The position numbers were made by a program, and so were the translations under genes. From Takakia lepidozioides (taxonomy: Eukaryota > Plantae > Bryophyta): a stretch of 64,000 nucleotides of DNA. The stretch is taken from the NCBI GenBank assembly GCA_030704615.1, contig CM060732.1, positions 76,694,001 to 76,758,000 on the forward strand, read 5' to 3'. Positions 34,269 to 46,662 of the stretch are shown here, piece by piece (positions within the stretch are counted from its first letter, which is position 1; each line of letters opens with the position of its first letter). The notes below the pieces were generated by a model. The model ran no database searches and was not told the origin of the DNA. It saw only the letters and a list, made by a program, of their open reading frames with translations.

Positions 34269-37200
34269 TCACTTACTACGGAACCGGTCTACAAAATCTA
34301 CTTTCCTGGCAAGGGACATGTTGTTTCCATCATCATTTTTTATGAATGGAACTGCTTGAAGAGGGTGCAACAGACCTTTGTCGATTCTAACTTGTAAAGT
34401 GGACAGCCTCCCACGAACACAACGAAGCTCGGCAAGCAAATGTTTGCGCATTGTTTCACTCTCATTGCCAAGAAGCGACAGGGACTTCATCTCAGATTCA
34501 ATTGATGAAACATCCGATGGCTCCTGCCGACCACGCTGGGATGATGCTGAGCACTCCGTAGGCTCTGCTAGATTCACAACTTCCTCCTCTGCATCAATAT
34601 CTGGAAGTTCCGATTTCATCAACATGTGAAGACCTCCATGAATGGTCCCGAGCTTTGTGCCACAGAGCTTCACAATAAGCCCTTCCTTCAGATTTGGCTT
34701 CATCAATTGAAGAACGCGGATTTGATGTTTGCACAAGTTACCCTTCAAAGCCCATGGACAATCGCAACAAGCCCAGGTGGTCGCAGGTGCATAGATTGTG
34801 TAGCTTCGACCGGCCGTTTGAACACTATCCACAATCGCCGGATGACCAGGAACAGTGGGCAAATGAACATTGACATCAGGGATCTCCCTTGCAGTCCAAA
34901 CAGCATTACTGATAAATTCCTCCTGTCGTACATTCCTTTTGAAGCCTTTCGATTTCAAGTTATCTCTATACCAATAGTGGGTTAGAACAGGACCCACGAG
35001 TTCGCTGATCAGCCAATCGATTCTCCTGCCATCAAGCCTTTGCTTTCCCGAGCGTAAACGAGCCTTCAAATTTCCGTGCCAAGATTCAATTGCGGCATTA
35101 GTATCCTGACTTGCGTGGGGAATATAACGAGCCCCCGTGATCCACATGCTCAGTTTTGGGACCCATTCCATTCTGATGTAACGTAGGAAGTCACGCGCAA
35201 GCGGATAGGAATAATTCAAATCTTCCAGTCGCTCCAGCGCCCACTCTTCTGGGGTGACTCCCACACAGGCGTTAATGCCGTACATTACGTCGCCAAGCTG
35301 TTTCAAAACAGCATTGCGAGTGTATGGATCGGGCATCTTACGCCACGAATGTTTCAGCCAAGCGCGGCGAACTTGCCAAAGGCATAGAAATATTGCTACG
35401 TCCCCAAACGATTCCCTGCACGCACACACATCAAATGCCACCCAATCCATCAGTGTAACTCTTGTCAGTGTAACTCTTATCAGAGGAACTCTTCGCAGTG
35501 TAACTCGTAGAAGTGTAACTCTTCAAAGTGTCACTCTTAGTAGTGTGACTCATGTAACCCCTCGTGCATCTGGTCATGTAACTATCAGTGAAACTCACAG
35601 CAGTGTAACCCAACACATATAACCCCTCGTAGCGCTGTAACGCAATCCATGTTACACCGTGTAACTCTCAGAGCGACCCAACCCATACAACCCTCTGCGA
35701 TGCTCCCAGTGTAACTCACATGCTATAGCAGTGCAACCTAATCCATGTAGGACTGCGGATGACACGCCGTGTAACTCCCTGTGTAACTCGCAGTGTAACC
35801 CTCTGTCTACCTCATAGCAGTGTAACCCTCGGTCTAACTCACAGTAGTATAACCCTCGGTCTAACTCACAGCAGTGTAACCCTCCGTCCAACTCAAGGCA
35901 GTATAACCATCTGTCTAACTGATAGTGTAACCCTCAGTGTAATAGACAGCACTGCAACCCAATCCATGTAACCCCTCGAGCAACTGACAGTGTAACTCCA
36001 AGTGTTACAGGCAGCAATGCACCCCCTCGTGTAACTGGCAGTTTAACTCTTACTGTGATTCTCAGTGTAACTAGCAGCAGTGTAGCCCGATCCATGAAAC
36101 CCCTCGTGCATGCAACTTGTAGTGTGACTCAGAACATTGTAACTTCTAGCCGTGTACCTGATAGCATTGATTTCTGCGTCTGCATCGTCGACAACAAAAG
36201 CATTTGGCCTCCAATCTGGTTTGCTCTGAAGAAGTCGGTCGCGAAGACGTTTCATCCAGGGGCTCAAGTCAGTCGTTTTGTTTCTCGCTGATATAATATA
36301 AGCAACAGGTATGCCGTTGAGCCATTCGTCGAACACCATCATGGTATACATTGGGAACTGCAATGTCGCAATGGTACAAAAATGAATAAGGTGAGCGTTA
36401 AAATATTGGCAACAGTTGCATGGCACTCACATTTCAGAATGCAATGAAAGGTAAAGCGTGACACGAATACCTTATTTTCGTTGGTCCCAAATGTTGCATC
36501 GCAGGATACCACACGGTTGTGTCCCAAGTCGATCATTTTCTGTTTTTGCCACTCCGTTTGTATTCCAATTACGAACTTCAAATCACCCGCCACTGGCGCT
36601 GTCTCTTCATGGTAGAAGAAGACGCTTTCAGGATTGCTATTGACCCACATACGTACACTTTGTGCATCATCTGGATGTTTTTTGTAACTCTCAATCGCAA
36701 GCTTGTCGGCAATGTTTCTCACGTCGTACTCGAACAAGAAACAATCGCGACTCCACTCCATGCCTGGCTGAGACGCACAAGCTTCCTGGAGTTGTTGAGT
36801 GTGTTGTGTCATAATCATAGCTGGAGATAGGCCACTGCGAAGACTATCGACGATCCACTGTTTCATATCTTGGCTGAGACGAGGGGCATGCACGAATCGC
36901 GAGAAATGGGAAGAGGGGTCAGCTGAACCATGACATGGCTTTCCTTTTGCATCCACATGCTGTTTCTGGAAGTATGTGATGATTGCCAACTCTGAATCTA
37001 GAAAACACTGGCCAACTTTGAAGCTACACGTACACCCACGTTTGTATGACTCTCCGAAATCCGCTGCCTTACGTCTGATTCGCTTGACTGCTGTTTGATT
37101 ATCGGAGGCTGCTATCGGTTTTTCTTTTTTCTTCACAATCGGCGGGTCCGTGCGCCTATCTATCGGGCCGTAGCAGCAGTGGTACCTACAAAAAAAGCAT

Positions 37201-37669
37201 ATAAAGCGAGGAGGGTTATCGCCATATACGACTTTGCTAGACTAGCAGAAAGAAGTGGGGCTGGGAATGTTATACAACCCTCATAAGTGACTTACTTATG
37301 CCACTGACGATAACTGTTTGCACGCGGTGTTGTCAAATCTGGCAACTCACGGTACCTTCGATCTTGAACATAAAATTGGGTCTTCCCATCCACTCTACTC
37401 CTTTCTCCCTCCAGAAAGTCAGGAATGCGAGACCATGGAACGACAGCTACTTCGATGGATATCCGTTTCCCTTTTCCCTGGGAAACCTGGCGTATCCAAC
37501 GGAGGTTTGTGTGATTGAAAAGCCCGTCTATGGGCAGCTGTAGGATGCATTTCAAATGAGATACCAAATGCTGCAAATGACAGAGTTCTCCCGCCTCATC
37601 TTTCAAACCATTTGATTCCAATGCTGCTTTGCGTTCCTCGTCTAGCACCTTCGCGGCAGCACATGCCAT
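34269..37669 (-). CDS. MULE transposase with SWIM zinc finger; exons 37669-37296, 37185-36471, 36357-36158, 35415-34269; 811 aa, no internal stop
   Basis: DDE triad DATFGTN / FVVDDADAE / TNAAIESWH; SWIM CDCPW-x5-CKH; KRGCTCSF..HVDAKGKPCHG; GT-AG boundaries give one continuous 2436-nt frame. Confidence 0.9.
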
Positions 37670-38099
37670 TAGCAGCAACAATACCACCAGTATAGTACAA
37701 ATCGCATAATACACGCGGGCAACGCAGCGGAGCCCTCGGGACTGCACGTCGTCTACGCACCTGGTGAAAATGACGAGCGATGATGGAGTTACACGTGGGT
37801 TTTGATGTCACCGAATCGTGTAACCCAGGTTTGAATTCAAAATATCTGACACCTCTTGGAGCCCGCCAATTTTTGCCGGGCACTAAGGGGCTACACGAAC
37901 AGGGGTGACATGCGTTGGGGATAAAGGATCCGGGGTGACACGAGCTATGAGTGACACAATTGGGGGTTACACGGGGGGGATTGATACAGTATCGGGGTTA
38001 CATGGTGGGGTTACAATGTGAGAGTTGCACAATGAGGGTTACACGAGGCGGAGCTAAAGCGCTGACGTGCAGAGGGTTACAGGGATGATGGGGTTACGA

Positions 38100-40086
38100 G
38101 GAACTGGAGTTACACGGAGAGGGGTATATGGGATAACATGATACAAGCTTACATTGGGGTTACACGATGCAGGATAACATGGAGTGAGGGTTACACCTCG
38201 CGGAGTAACAGAGGGTTACATGGGTTACAAAGGGTTACAGAGGGTCATGGGGTTACATGGGTTACAGAGGGTGACATAGGGTTACATGGAAGGGTTACAT
38301 GGAGTGAGGGTTACACTCAGCGGTGTTACAGAGGGATAAACGGGTTACGGAGGGTTACATGGTGGTGAGGGTTACACCTGGTGAGGGTTACAGAGAGTCA
38401 CAGAGGGTCACATAGGGTTACATGGAGTGAGGTTACACAGGGGTGAGGGTGACACTCTACGGTGTTACAGAGAGTTACTGAGGGTTACATGGTGGTGAAG
38501 GTTACACCTGGTGAGGGTTATAGAGGGTCACAGAGGGTTACATGGGTTATAGAGGGTCACAGAGGGTTACATGGAGTGAGGGTTACATGGGGTTACATGG
38601 GTTACACAGGGTCACAGAGGGTTACACGGGTTACGCAGGGTCACAGAGGATTACATGGGTTACAAGGAGTGAGGGATGCATAGGGATGGGGGTGACACTC
38701 TGCGGTGTTACAGAGGGTTACATGGTGGTAAGGGTTACACCTAGTGAGGGATATAGAGGGTCACAGAGGGTTACATGGGTTACAGAGAGTTACAGAGGGT
38801 CAGAGAGGGTTACATGGAGTGAGGATTACATAGGGGTGAGGGTGACACTCTGCGGTGTTACAGAGGGTTACATGGTGGTGAGGGTTACAAAGGGTCACAG
38901 AGGGTTACATGTGTTACAGAGGGTTACATGGAGTGAGGGTTACATAAGGGGTGAGGGTGACGCTCTACGGTGTTACAGAGGATTACATGGGTTACAGAGC
39001 CACGGAGGGTCACAGGGTTACATGGAGTGAGGGTTACATGGGGATGAGGGTGACACTCTGCGGTGTCACAGAGGGTTTGTGAGGGTTACAAAGGGTTACA
39101 TGGTGACGAGGGTGACACTCTGCGGTGTTACAGAGGGTTACATGGTGGTGAGGGTTATAGAGGGTCAGAGAGGGTTACATGGAGTGAGGGTTACATAGGG
39201 GTGAGGGTGACACTCTGCGGTGTTACAGAGGGTTACATGGTGGTGAGGGTTACAAAGGGTCACAGAGGGTTACATGGGTTACAGAGGGTTACATAAGGGG
39301 TGAGGACGACACTCTACGGTGTTACAGAGGGTTACATAGGTTACAGAGCCACAGAGGGTTTGTGAGGGTTACATGGAGTGAGGGTTACAGAGGGTCAGAG
39401 AGGGTTACATGGAATGAGGGTTACATACAGGTGAGGGTGACACTCTGCGGTGTTACAGAGGGTTACAAAGGGTCACAGAGGGTTACATGGGTTACAGAGG
39501 GTTACAGAGGGTTACATGGAGTGAGGGTTACATAAGGGGTGAGGGCGACACTCTGCGGTGTTACAGAGGGTTACATGGGTTGCAAAGTGTTACAGAGGGT
39601 TACATGTAGTGAGGGTTACATAGGGGTGGGGGTGACACTCTGCGGTGTTATAAGGGTTACATGGGTTACAGAGGGTTACATGTAGTGAGGGTTACATAGG
39701 GGTGGGGGTGACACTCTGCGGTGTTATAGAGGGTTACATGGGTTACAGAGGGTCATGGGGTTATATGGGTTACAAAGGGTTACATGGTAATGTGGGTTAC
39801 ACTCGGCGGAGTTACAGAGGGTTACATGGGGGTGATGGTTGAACCCGGGGCGGGGGTTACAGGGAACTGGCGGACTGCTGGAAGCGGCGGACTGGTGTCG
39901 CAGAACGACGACGCGCCTGGGGCGACGACGCCGATGGGATGAGGGCGGGGGTGGGGAGGGATTGACCGAGCCCAGCCGGCTGCCTTTCGATGTCTGCCGG
40001 AGGCGAAGAACCGGCGGTACGGGTGTCAGGGCTGGACCGTCCTGACGCGCTTGCATTAAGTTCTTACATTATTCCTATTATCTTCC
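38100..40086 (-). repeat. Right arm: ~1.7-kb GGGTTACA subrepeat array plus TIR (inverse of left arm)
   Basis: GAGGGTTACATGG/GGTGACACTCTGCGGTGTTACA arrays; 39830-40086 is the near-perfect reverse complement of 25289-25550. Confidence 0.92.
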
Positions 40087-40797
40087 TAATTACACCGTGT
40101 AGTTGGTGCAACGTTACCTGTGAGTTGCCAAAGTTGACCCAATGGCATTCTCCCCCTAACAGAAAAGACTGTGCTTAACAGAAAACGTTAAGTACCAGAA
40201 ACCGCACGGTGACTAACTATGTCCGGTAGTTACAAGTTGGCTTACGGGTTTGTCGGGATGGCGATACTCAGATTACGGCAAATGGCGAAACTGTTGGTGT
40301 AATTAGTTGTCGGGTAAACAGGGTTACGGAGTATATGTAACCTGGGTTAGGTTAAGATGTGACCTAAAGCTGGCTGGGTCCGTGAAGGTGTCTCTTCGGC
40401 TTGTGCTTGTGTGTGTGTGGGAACAGAGGTGCATACAGATCGGTGGAATTGGAGGTGGGGAATCAGGTTCTGAGTATGTCGCATCCAGTCTTCATCTTTG
40501 AAGATCAGGGGAGGTTTTTGGGGTTGTGGGGTGTTGGAACAGCAGCTGGGGGTTTGATTGATGGAAGGTGCGAGGTGCGCGTGCACAGGAGGTGTAGTTT
40601 GGTGGTAAGTCTTCGCTGAGATGTGGAAGCTTGCTTGGTAGCTGGAATCTGTTTGTGGACGGGTAAGGTGGAGTGGGGTTCTGGAGAAGCGCTTGGCAGC
40701 TCGACGTCGAGGAGGTAAAGGTCAGGTTACGTAACCCTGTGCAGTGGATGTAAGGAGGTAGGGAGGGTAGATTGGAGGTATTGAGAACATAAGACTG

Positions 40798-41784
40798 ATG
40801 GCCGGTGCAAACGAGAGGAGGAACAGGCTGCGTGCAATTTCTGTGCCACATCCACTGCCATTGCCACCTCCGTATATTGAGATTCCACGCAGGCAAGCTT
40901 CCGTCCCTTTGCGGACAGAAGGAGGGGACGTGTCTTTGGATGATCTCAACAGGCTCAGCTTGTTGGGAGCTGGCAGTGGTGGTAAGGTGTACAAGGTTCA
41001 ACACCGGCGGACAGGCCGCATTTATGCACTGAAGATCATACAAGAGAAGCATGAGCTGGCCGTTAGGAGACAGATTATGAGGGAGATGGAGATTCTTCGG
41101 AGTGCCAAGTCTCCGCACCTTGTGGAATGCTATGGTGTTTTTGATCGCGGTGGGGAAATTTCCTTTGTTCTTGAGTATATGGATGGTGGAACCCTGGCAG
41201 ATGTTCTCAAAGTCCACCAGAAGATAGCTGAGCACTACCTTGCTGAGGTCACGAAGCAAGTGCTGCAGGGATTGCTGTATCTGCATAAGCATAAGATTGT
41301 GCACCGTGACATAAAACCCTCTAATCTCCTTATCAATTGCAAACAGGAGGTGAAAATTGCCGACTTTGGAGTGAGCACTGTGCTGGCACACACATTAGCA
41401 CAATGCAATTCTTTTGTCGGCACCTGTGCTTACATGAGTCCCGAGCGTTTTGACCCCGACGGCAATGGTGGTGAGTACGGCTATTCCGCCGACATCTGGA
41501 GTCTTGGCCTCACTCTTCTCGAGTGTGCCATTGGTCGTTTTCCCTGCCTGGAGCCTGGAGAGAAGCCTGATTGGCCCACCTTGATGTGCGCGATATGTTT
41601 AGGGGAGCCCCCCTCCCCACCCCCTGATGCGTCACCGGAGTTTAGGAGCTTCATCATATGTTGCCTGCAGAAGGATGCCGTGCTACGGCCGTCTGCCCAG
41701 AAGTTGTTGGCCCATTCCTTTCTGAAGAAATTTGAGGGGCATCGAGTCTCTCTCTCTCCATTGTTGCAGGGGTTGCAGTCGTGA
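40798..41784 (+). CDS. Mitogen-activated protein kinase kinase (plant group C/D, MKK4/5/7/9-like), intronless, 328 aa
   Basis: LGAGSGGKVYKV, YALK, IVHRDIKPSNLL, IADFGVS, CNSFVGTCAYMSPERFDP, DIWSLGL; N-terminal docking-like RRNRLRAISVP. Confidence 0.96.
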   Translation: MAGANERRNRLRAISVPHPLPLPPPYIEIPRRQASVPLRTEGGDVSLDDLNRLSLLGAGSGGKVYKVQHRRTGRIYALKIIQEKHELAVRRQIMREMEILRSAKSPHLVECYGVFDRGGEISFVLEYMDGGTLADVLKVHQKIAEHYLAEVTKQVLQGLLYLHKHKIVHRDIKPSNLLINCKQEVKIADFGVSTVLAHTLAQCNSFVGTCAYMSPERFDPDGNGGEYGYSADIWSLGLTLLECAIGRFPCLEPGEKPDWPTLMCAICLGEPPSPPPDASPEFRSFIICCLQKDAVLRPSAQKLLAHSFLKKFEGHRVSLSPLLQGLQS

Positions 41785-43931
41785 GCAAGGCCTGCCATCG
41801 CAGTAGGTACCTACTCCCCTCCGGATGGAGATATCCTTAGATCCTCCTGCTGTGGCCTGCCTGGAAAAGAAAGGGTACAGTGGGAATGTGGCAAAGTTGA
41901 GGTAGAAGTTTGTCATCATATGGAGTCCTTGCGGACAGAGGATTCTACTTTGTGTGAATACATAGCAGTGATCGTACACAACATGTGCAGTCCATGTGCC
42001 TTCGAGCAAAAGTCTGCATCATCCTTCTGAGTCCGGGGTATGGGGCCAAGGCCTTTTGTTGTCTCCAATTCTAGCTGGGCAATTCTCTAGTCTTAAATTG
42101 CTGCTCCAAAGAACTGGAGAATCCAAGTGGGGGTAACGGTCAGGCAGCCCTTTTGGATCAGCTGAGGAAGGAGAAGGGGCTAGCGAAGGCGTGGTAGGAG
42201 CAACAATGTAAGAAGGCAGTTCATTCCTCAGTAGTGAAGGACACCGATCAACTGCCATACAAAGTCAACAAAAATATGCTAGAGGAGACTGTACAGTGAT
42301 GAATTTGAAGTGCAACTGCACGCAGGAAATAATGTCCCACATGCGCCTGGAGATTATCGTTCTGTTTACTTGGACAGGTCCAAGTGCATCACAATTAACA
42401 GGCAAGATGGGTTTGTCCCTGTTTTTAGGTTTAAGATGTTTTATTTAGCCCAGGATGCGTTGGGGCCCTAGTTGAGGTGCAACAGTTTTTCAGATCAGGC
42501 CTTTCTGTCTACAGGGCTATGACCTATGTTTTACTACCCTTTGTTCGTGGAGATGGCAGATACCTGGCAGCTGTGTTTGGGAACATTTGGAAGCTAACTT
42601 TCATAAGTTTCAATCCATGCATGAAAGAAAGTGTGCCACGCGGATGGCATGATTTTTCAGTATTTGTTTCTAGCAAAGGGAAAGTTGGATTTATATCATT
42701 GCTGTCCCAGTTGGTATGCACTTTCTGTGGAGTTGCTGCTGATGATGACAACAATTTAAGTATGATAATGGGCCAGCAGCGAAGACAAGATGAAATCACA
42801 GTAGTGTTGTTGAAATATTTCAGGGAAAAGGTAGGTTTGGAGGAATGTTCAAGGTATGGGAAATGAAAGTTTTGCACCCAGAAAGGTTGAGCATGGGGAT
42901 CTCAGGCTGAAGGGAGGAACTTCAGGAAGTAGCATATCTGTCACAGGCCCTCATGAACCCTGTATGGCACGCGCAGAAACAGCCCACAATATGTCAGTGA
43001 ATATTAAGGTGAAAATGAAGGCTTGAAGGTTTTTGAGCTGGAGAACATTGAATAACCATCTCCAACTAATCACTTAAGCCCACAATTTGTCAGTGAATAT
43101 GAAAAGGTGAAAATGAAGGCTTGAAGGTTTTTCCATGGAGTAGCTGGAGAACATTAAATAGCTATCTCCATACTAATCAGGCAAGCAGTTTGAGATGAAA
43201 TTTGAAGGCAGACTATTGGTTTGATGTACCACTACTTAATAAGAGGTAGCTACAATCATCCTTCTTTGGAGGTCCCTGATATGATTGGGGCTGAGACTTT
43301 GGCCGGTTTTCTTGCAATTCCTCAGTCGATTGGTAATGCTACTTTTAATATTACTGAGTATTACTGTACTCCTTTCTCTCCTAGTGTCTCGTTCCCCAAT
43401 ATATAGTGAGTAATCCCTTTCTATTCAAACCGGGGGCGCTCAGCATGCCACTTATTTTTACAAGCATCCCTTACTCCAATTTGTGTTGGAAATGGTCCGG
43501 CACATTTGAATTTTGTCCAGCTAATTCCACCGGTTTGCTAGGGTCAGTTCTAAGTTTCATACAGTTGTTGTCATGTTCTCATCTTTCCAAGGGTTAAATC
43601 TGAGCTCGCAGACAGTGGACTGTGATGCCAATGTAAGTTTGGATGCCTGTGCGTCACTGTAAACGTTTTATATTATTGCAAGGCTTGTGTTGCACAGCCT
43701 TGCAGGCCTTGAAGCTGCCTTCTTTAACTGTGTTGTAAACTGTACAAAGAAAACCGACAAAGCTCAATGATTTTTCAGGCTAGTGAGGTATTCCGACTAC
43801 AGAATTCAAAATGCCAGAGAGATTTCAGACAGTAGAGTTGGCGAACAGAAAGAATTCAATCAAAAAATTAAGTTACAAATGTTGATATCACTACAACAGC
43901 AGTTAACAATGGCATAATCTCTTAAATATTT

Positions 43932-46662
43932 TTAGATATTCAGGTTTTGAAGTAGTTGAGCAGCCCGCCATTCTTCACCAGGCTGGAGCACCACTGGTGT
44001 TGTTACCTGTGCCGGTCCCATGCAAATAAAGGACTCCCAGTTCTCTAGCCCACATTTGGGGCCTGGATTAGAGAGCCACACATCTTCGAAGCCGACTCTC
44101 CAAATGGTCAGTGAGCGCCTCCTTCCCTGTTAATAGCCCCCTTAGAGTACAGCCCTTGCGATGTGATCTTTACTTGCAACTAAATGATGCACTGACTCCC
44201 TCTGTCTGTCACTGGCAGCTTTGAGGACCAGAAGTTCACAAGGCAGTTTCCTCTTTTTTCCTCTTTTCTCTCTCTCTGTCCTTCTCATGAAGAGTGACTG
44301 GCAGTAAAAAACAGCTATAGGTGTCAATAGAGCTAAAGTAGAACTGGTATTGGCACAACGCTTTGTAGCATGATCTCTATGCCTATTACATTTACACTCA
44401 ATCACCTGTAACCCAATGATGTTCACTGTGGGTGAGCATATGTTGGGCTGTGTTTCCCCACACAGCTGGGTACAAATCACACATTGTCCAGGAGGGTTTA
44501 AATCCCACAGAGAGTACTCAAGGGTACCTCATAGCTAACGGTCGCAGGAAAATGCAATATATGGATCTACCTCTCCTTCTGGCACATGGAGACTGTACTA
44601 GGACTACACAGAAGTAAATGGCCACATCTTTGGAGAGGGGTCGATAAATTACACCCTGCTCTCTTACTCGATTCTGAGAGCCAACCAGAGCTCCAAGAAA
44701 GGGAGGAGGATAGTGGAATCCTGGAGCTGGAATAGGAGACTGCCACAAATTATGTAGTCGTTTCTTTTAACAATGCCAAAAATTGACTGCATCTCTAGTT
44801 TGAGCAAGTCTGCATCACACCATCTTGTATCCCAAACCCTGCACAATGGGAGATATGGAACTGGTGATCTGACTTCAGCTCAATCATGCTTTTCAAACAA
44901 GCTCAATGCTAGGCATCGTACTAAGCCAAATAAGCAAGGTCAGGCACCTACCCTGTCAAGCAGATCAAAAGAATCAGGGACCATGGTGTAGAGTCGGTTC
45001 ATTTCCCCATACAGTGCAGCGTACTCCTGCCTCTCTACTTTGATGTCCCCTTCACCCTTTGTCTGCCTTACATGGGCGGCCTTTCCTTCTGCCTCTTTGG
45101 TGCCCCAGAGCTGCTGCCAGTTGGAGAAGAAACTTTGTTTGCCCCTCATCTCTCTCAGCTCTGGAATCTCTGGGTCAAAACCTGGAAGACTCAATGCAGG
45201 GCTGAAGGGACTTGATCCATACTTACAACCTTGCAAGCCTACAGCAAATGCTCCCTCAACCGTGCTTACTGCCATATGTGTTTGAATCGCCCCTACTACA
45301 GCTATTGGGAGGACACCAGTGTTGGTGATCACGAGCGCACAGGATAGAGTTGCTCGAGACAACGTGACTACGTATTGCAAATTCAAAGAATGCTCCCTCC
45401 CCTGACCATCTATCGACCCAAGAAGCTGACTGCGTGATAATGTGACCTGCCAAAACACGTGGTTAGTTCTTCCCCTCTGCCATGTAATCCAATCTAATCT
45501 ATCAAGATGCATTGCTTGCTGGGTGCTAAAAGCCTGACAGAACCGGGCATAGTGTCTCCTGCATCAAGCGCTAAACCCTCAACCATGAGCACTGAAGCTT
45601 AGTCCTCTCTTTGCCTACTTGCAAATCTCTCTAGCTTGATGCCTGCAAAGGCCCCTGATTAATGCATTCCTTTTTACGTGCAATTTCGGAAACGGGAAGC
45701 CTTTGGTTCTCTGAAAGTACAAAGAGTTTAATACGGAGATTCCTCAAGGTCTATGTTTGCACTCCAAAGGCATACGTGCAACGCAAAGTACATTTCTATT
45801 GCAAGCTCTTTCTTTCGTCCAATCTTTCCTCAATATGTCCACGAAGTAAGTACAAATCTTCTCATTAGCACACCTGCAAATACTGAGAAGGCCGGCCTGA
45901 AATATCCTCCACATTCCAACACTCTGCAGTTGATGAGAAAATAGAATCCGTAAGCTTTTCGCATTGACAGAAGAAGAGACCAATCCCCCCGCGAATGAGC
46001 GGCGTTCCATCAACATCTGAAGCAGAGACCTGCGTATGCAACATTTCTTCAGGAGCACCATGCCACATGATTGGTTTGTATGAGGAAATAATCGCGCTTT
46101 GGAGCACCATTCGTGTGCTTGACCTGTTCTCCACCTTCAATTCGACGATTGTCATGCCCGCCACATCCGAAAATCTCACCCCATCGCATCCAAATCTCTC
46201 CTCCAAACTTTTTGCGGAGAGTTGTGAGGACTCCCCGGTAGACGGAACTGCGCAACCTGCAACTCTATTGCGAGGATGTGAATTTTCTGTCCAGATTGGA
46301 TCACCCACAATCCACATGCGACGTCTATCACACCCGATGATACCTTTACTATTACGCTTTCGGGCACTGGTTGTTGATAGTGAGAGCGAGGACCCAACTG
46401 CTGAAGTGCGAGATTCTAAAGTCTCCCTGAAGAAGACTCTCAAAACCTGTCTTCTGTCCCTCGGAGGCCCAACAAAATCTCTAGATTTTTGAGGGACAAA
46501 TCCCCATCGTTCGACCTTACTCAAAACCCCCCCGTGTGTCTGTGAGAACTTAGAGATAACTGGACATGGAGACGAAGACAATGGCAGGTACAGGCAACCT
46601 CCAGCACTGCTCGGTTTCAGCGCAGGGCCAGCACAGTGCATCTGTGAAAAATGATGCACCAT
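43932..46662 (-). CDS. NDF5: NDH-dependent cyclic electron flow 5-like (NDF5/PnsB2 family), plastid; exons 46662-45874, 45446-44952, 44126-43932
   Basis: 'SSYKPIMWHGAPEEMLHT', 'HMAVSTVEGAFAVGLQG', 'EMNRLYTMVPDSFDLLDR|GRRRSL..GFEDVWLSNPG..FICMGPA..VLQPGEEWRA'; transit-peptide-like N-terminus; GT-AG introns. Confidence 0.85.

Larger units (their letters stand above)
25289..40086. mobile_element. Complete foldback Mutator-like (MULE) DNA transposon, 14.8 kb, 9-bp TSD TAATTACAC
   Basis: Ends GGAAGATAATAGGAATAATGTAAGAACTTAATGCAAGCG... and its exact inverse at 40086; TSD at 25280-25288 and 40087-40095; internal MULE transposase. Confidence 0.95.

Noticed and set aside
42992-43180. ~95-bp direct duplication downstream of the MAPKK
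   Set aside because: Two diverged copies only; ordinary local duplication
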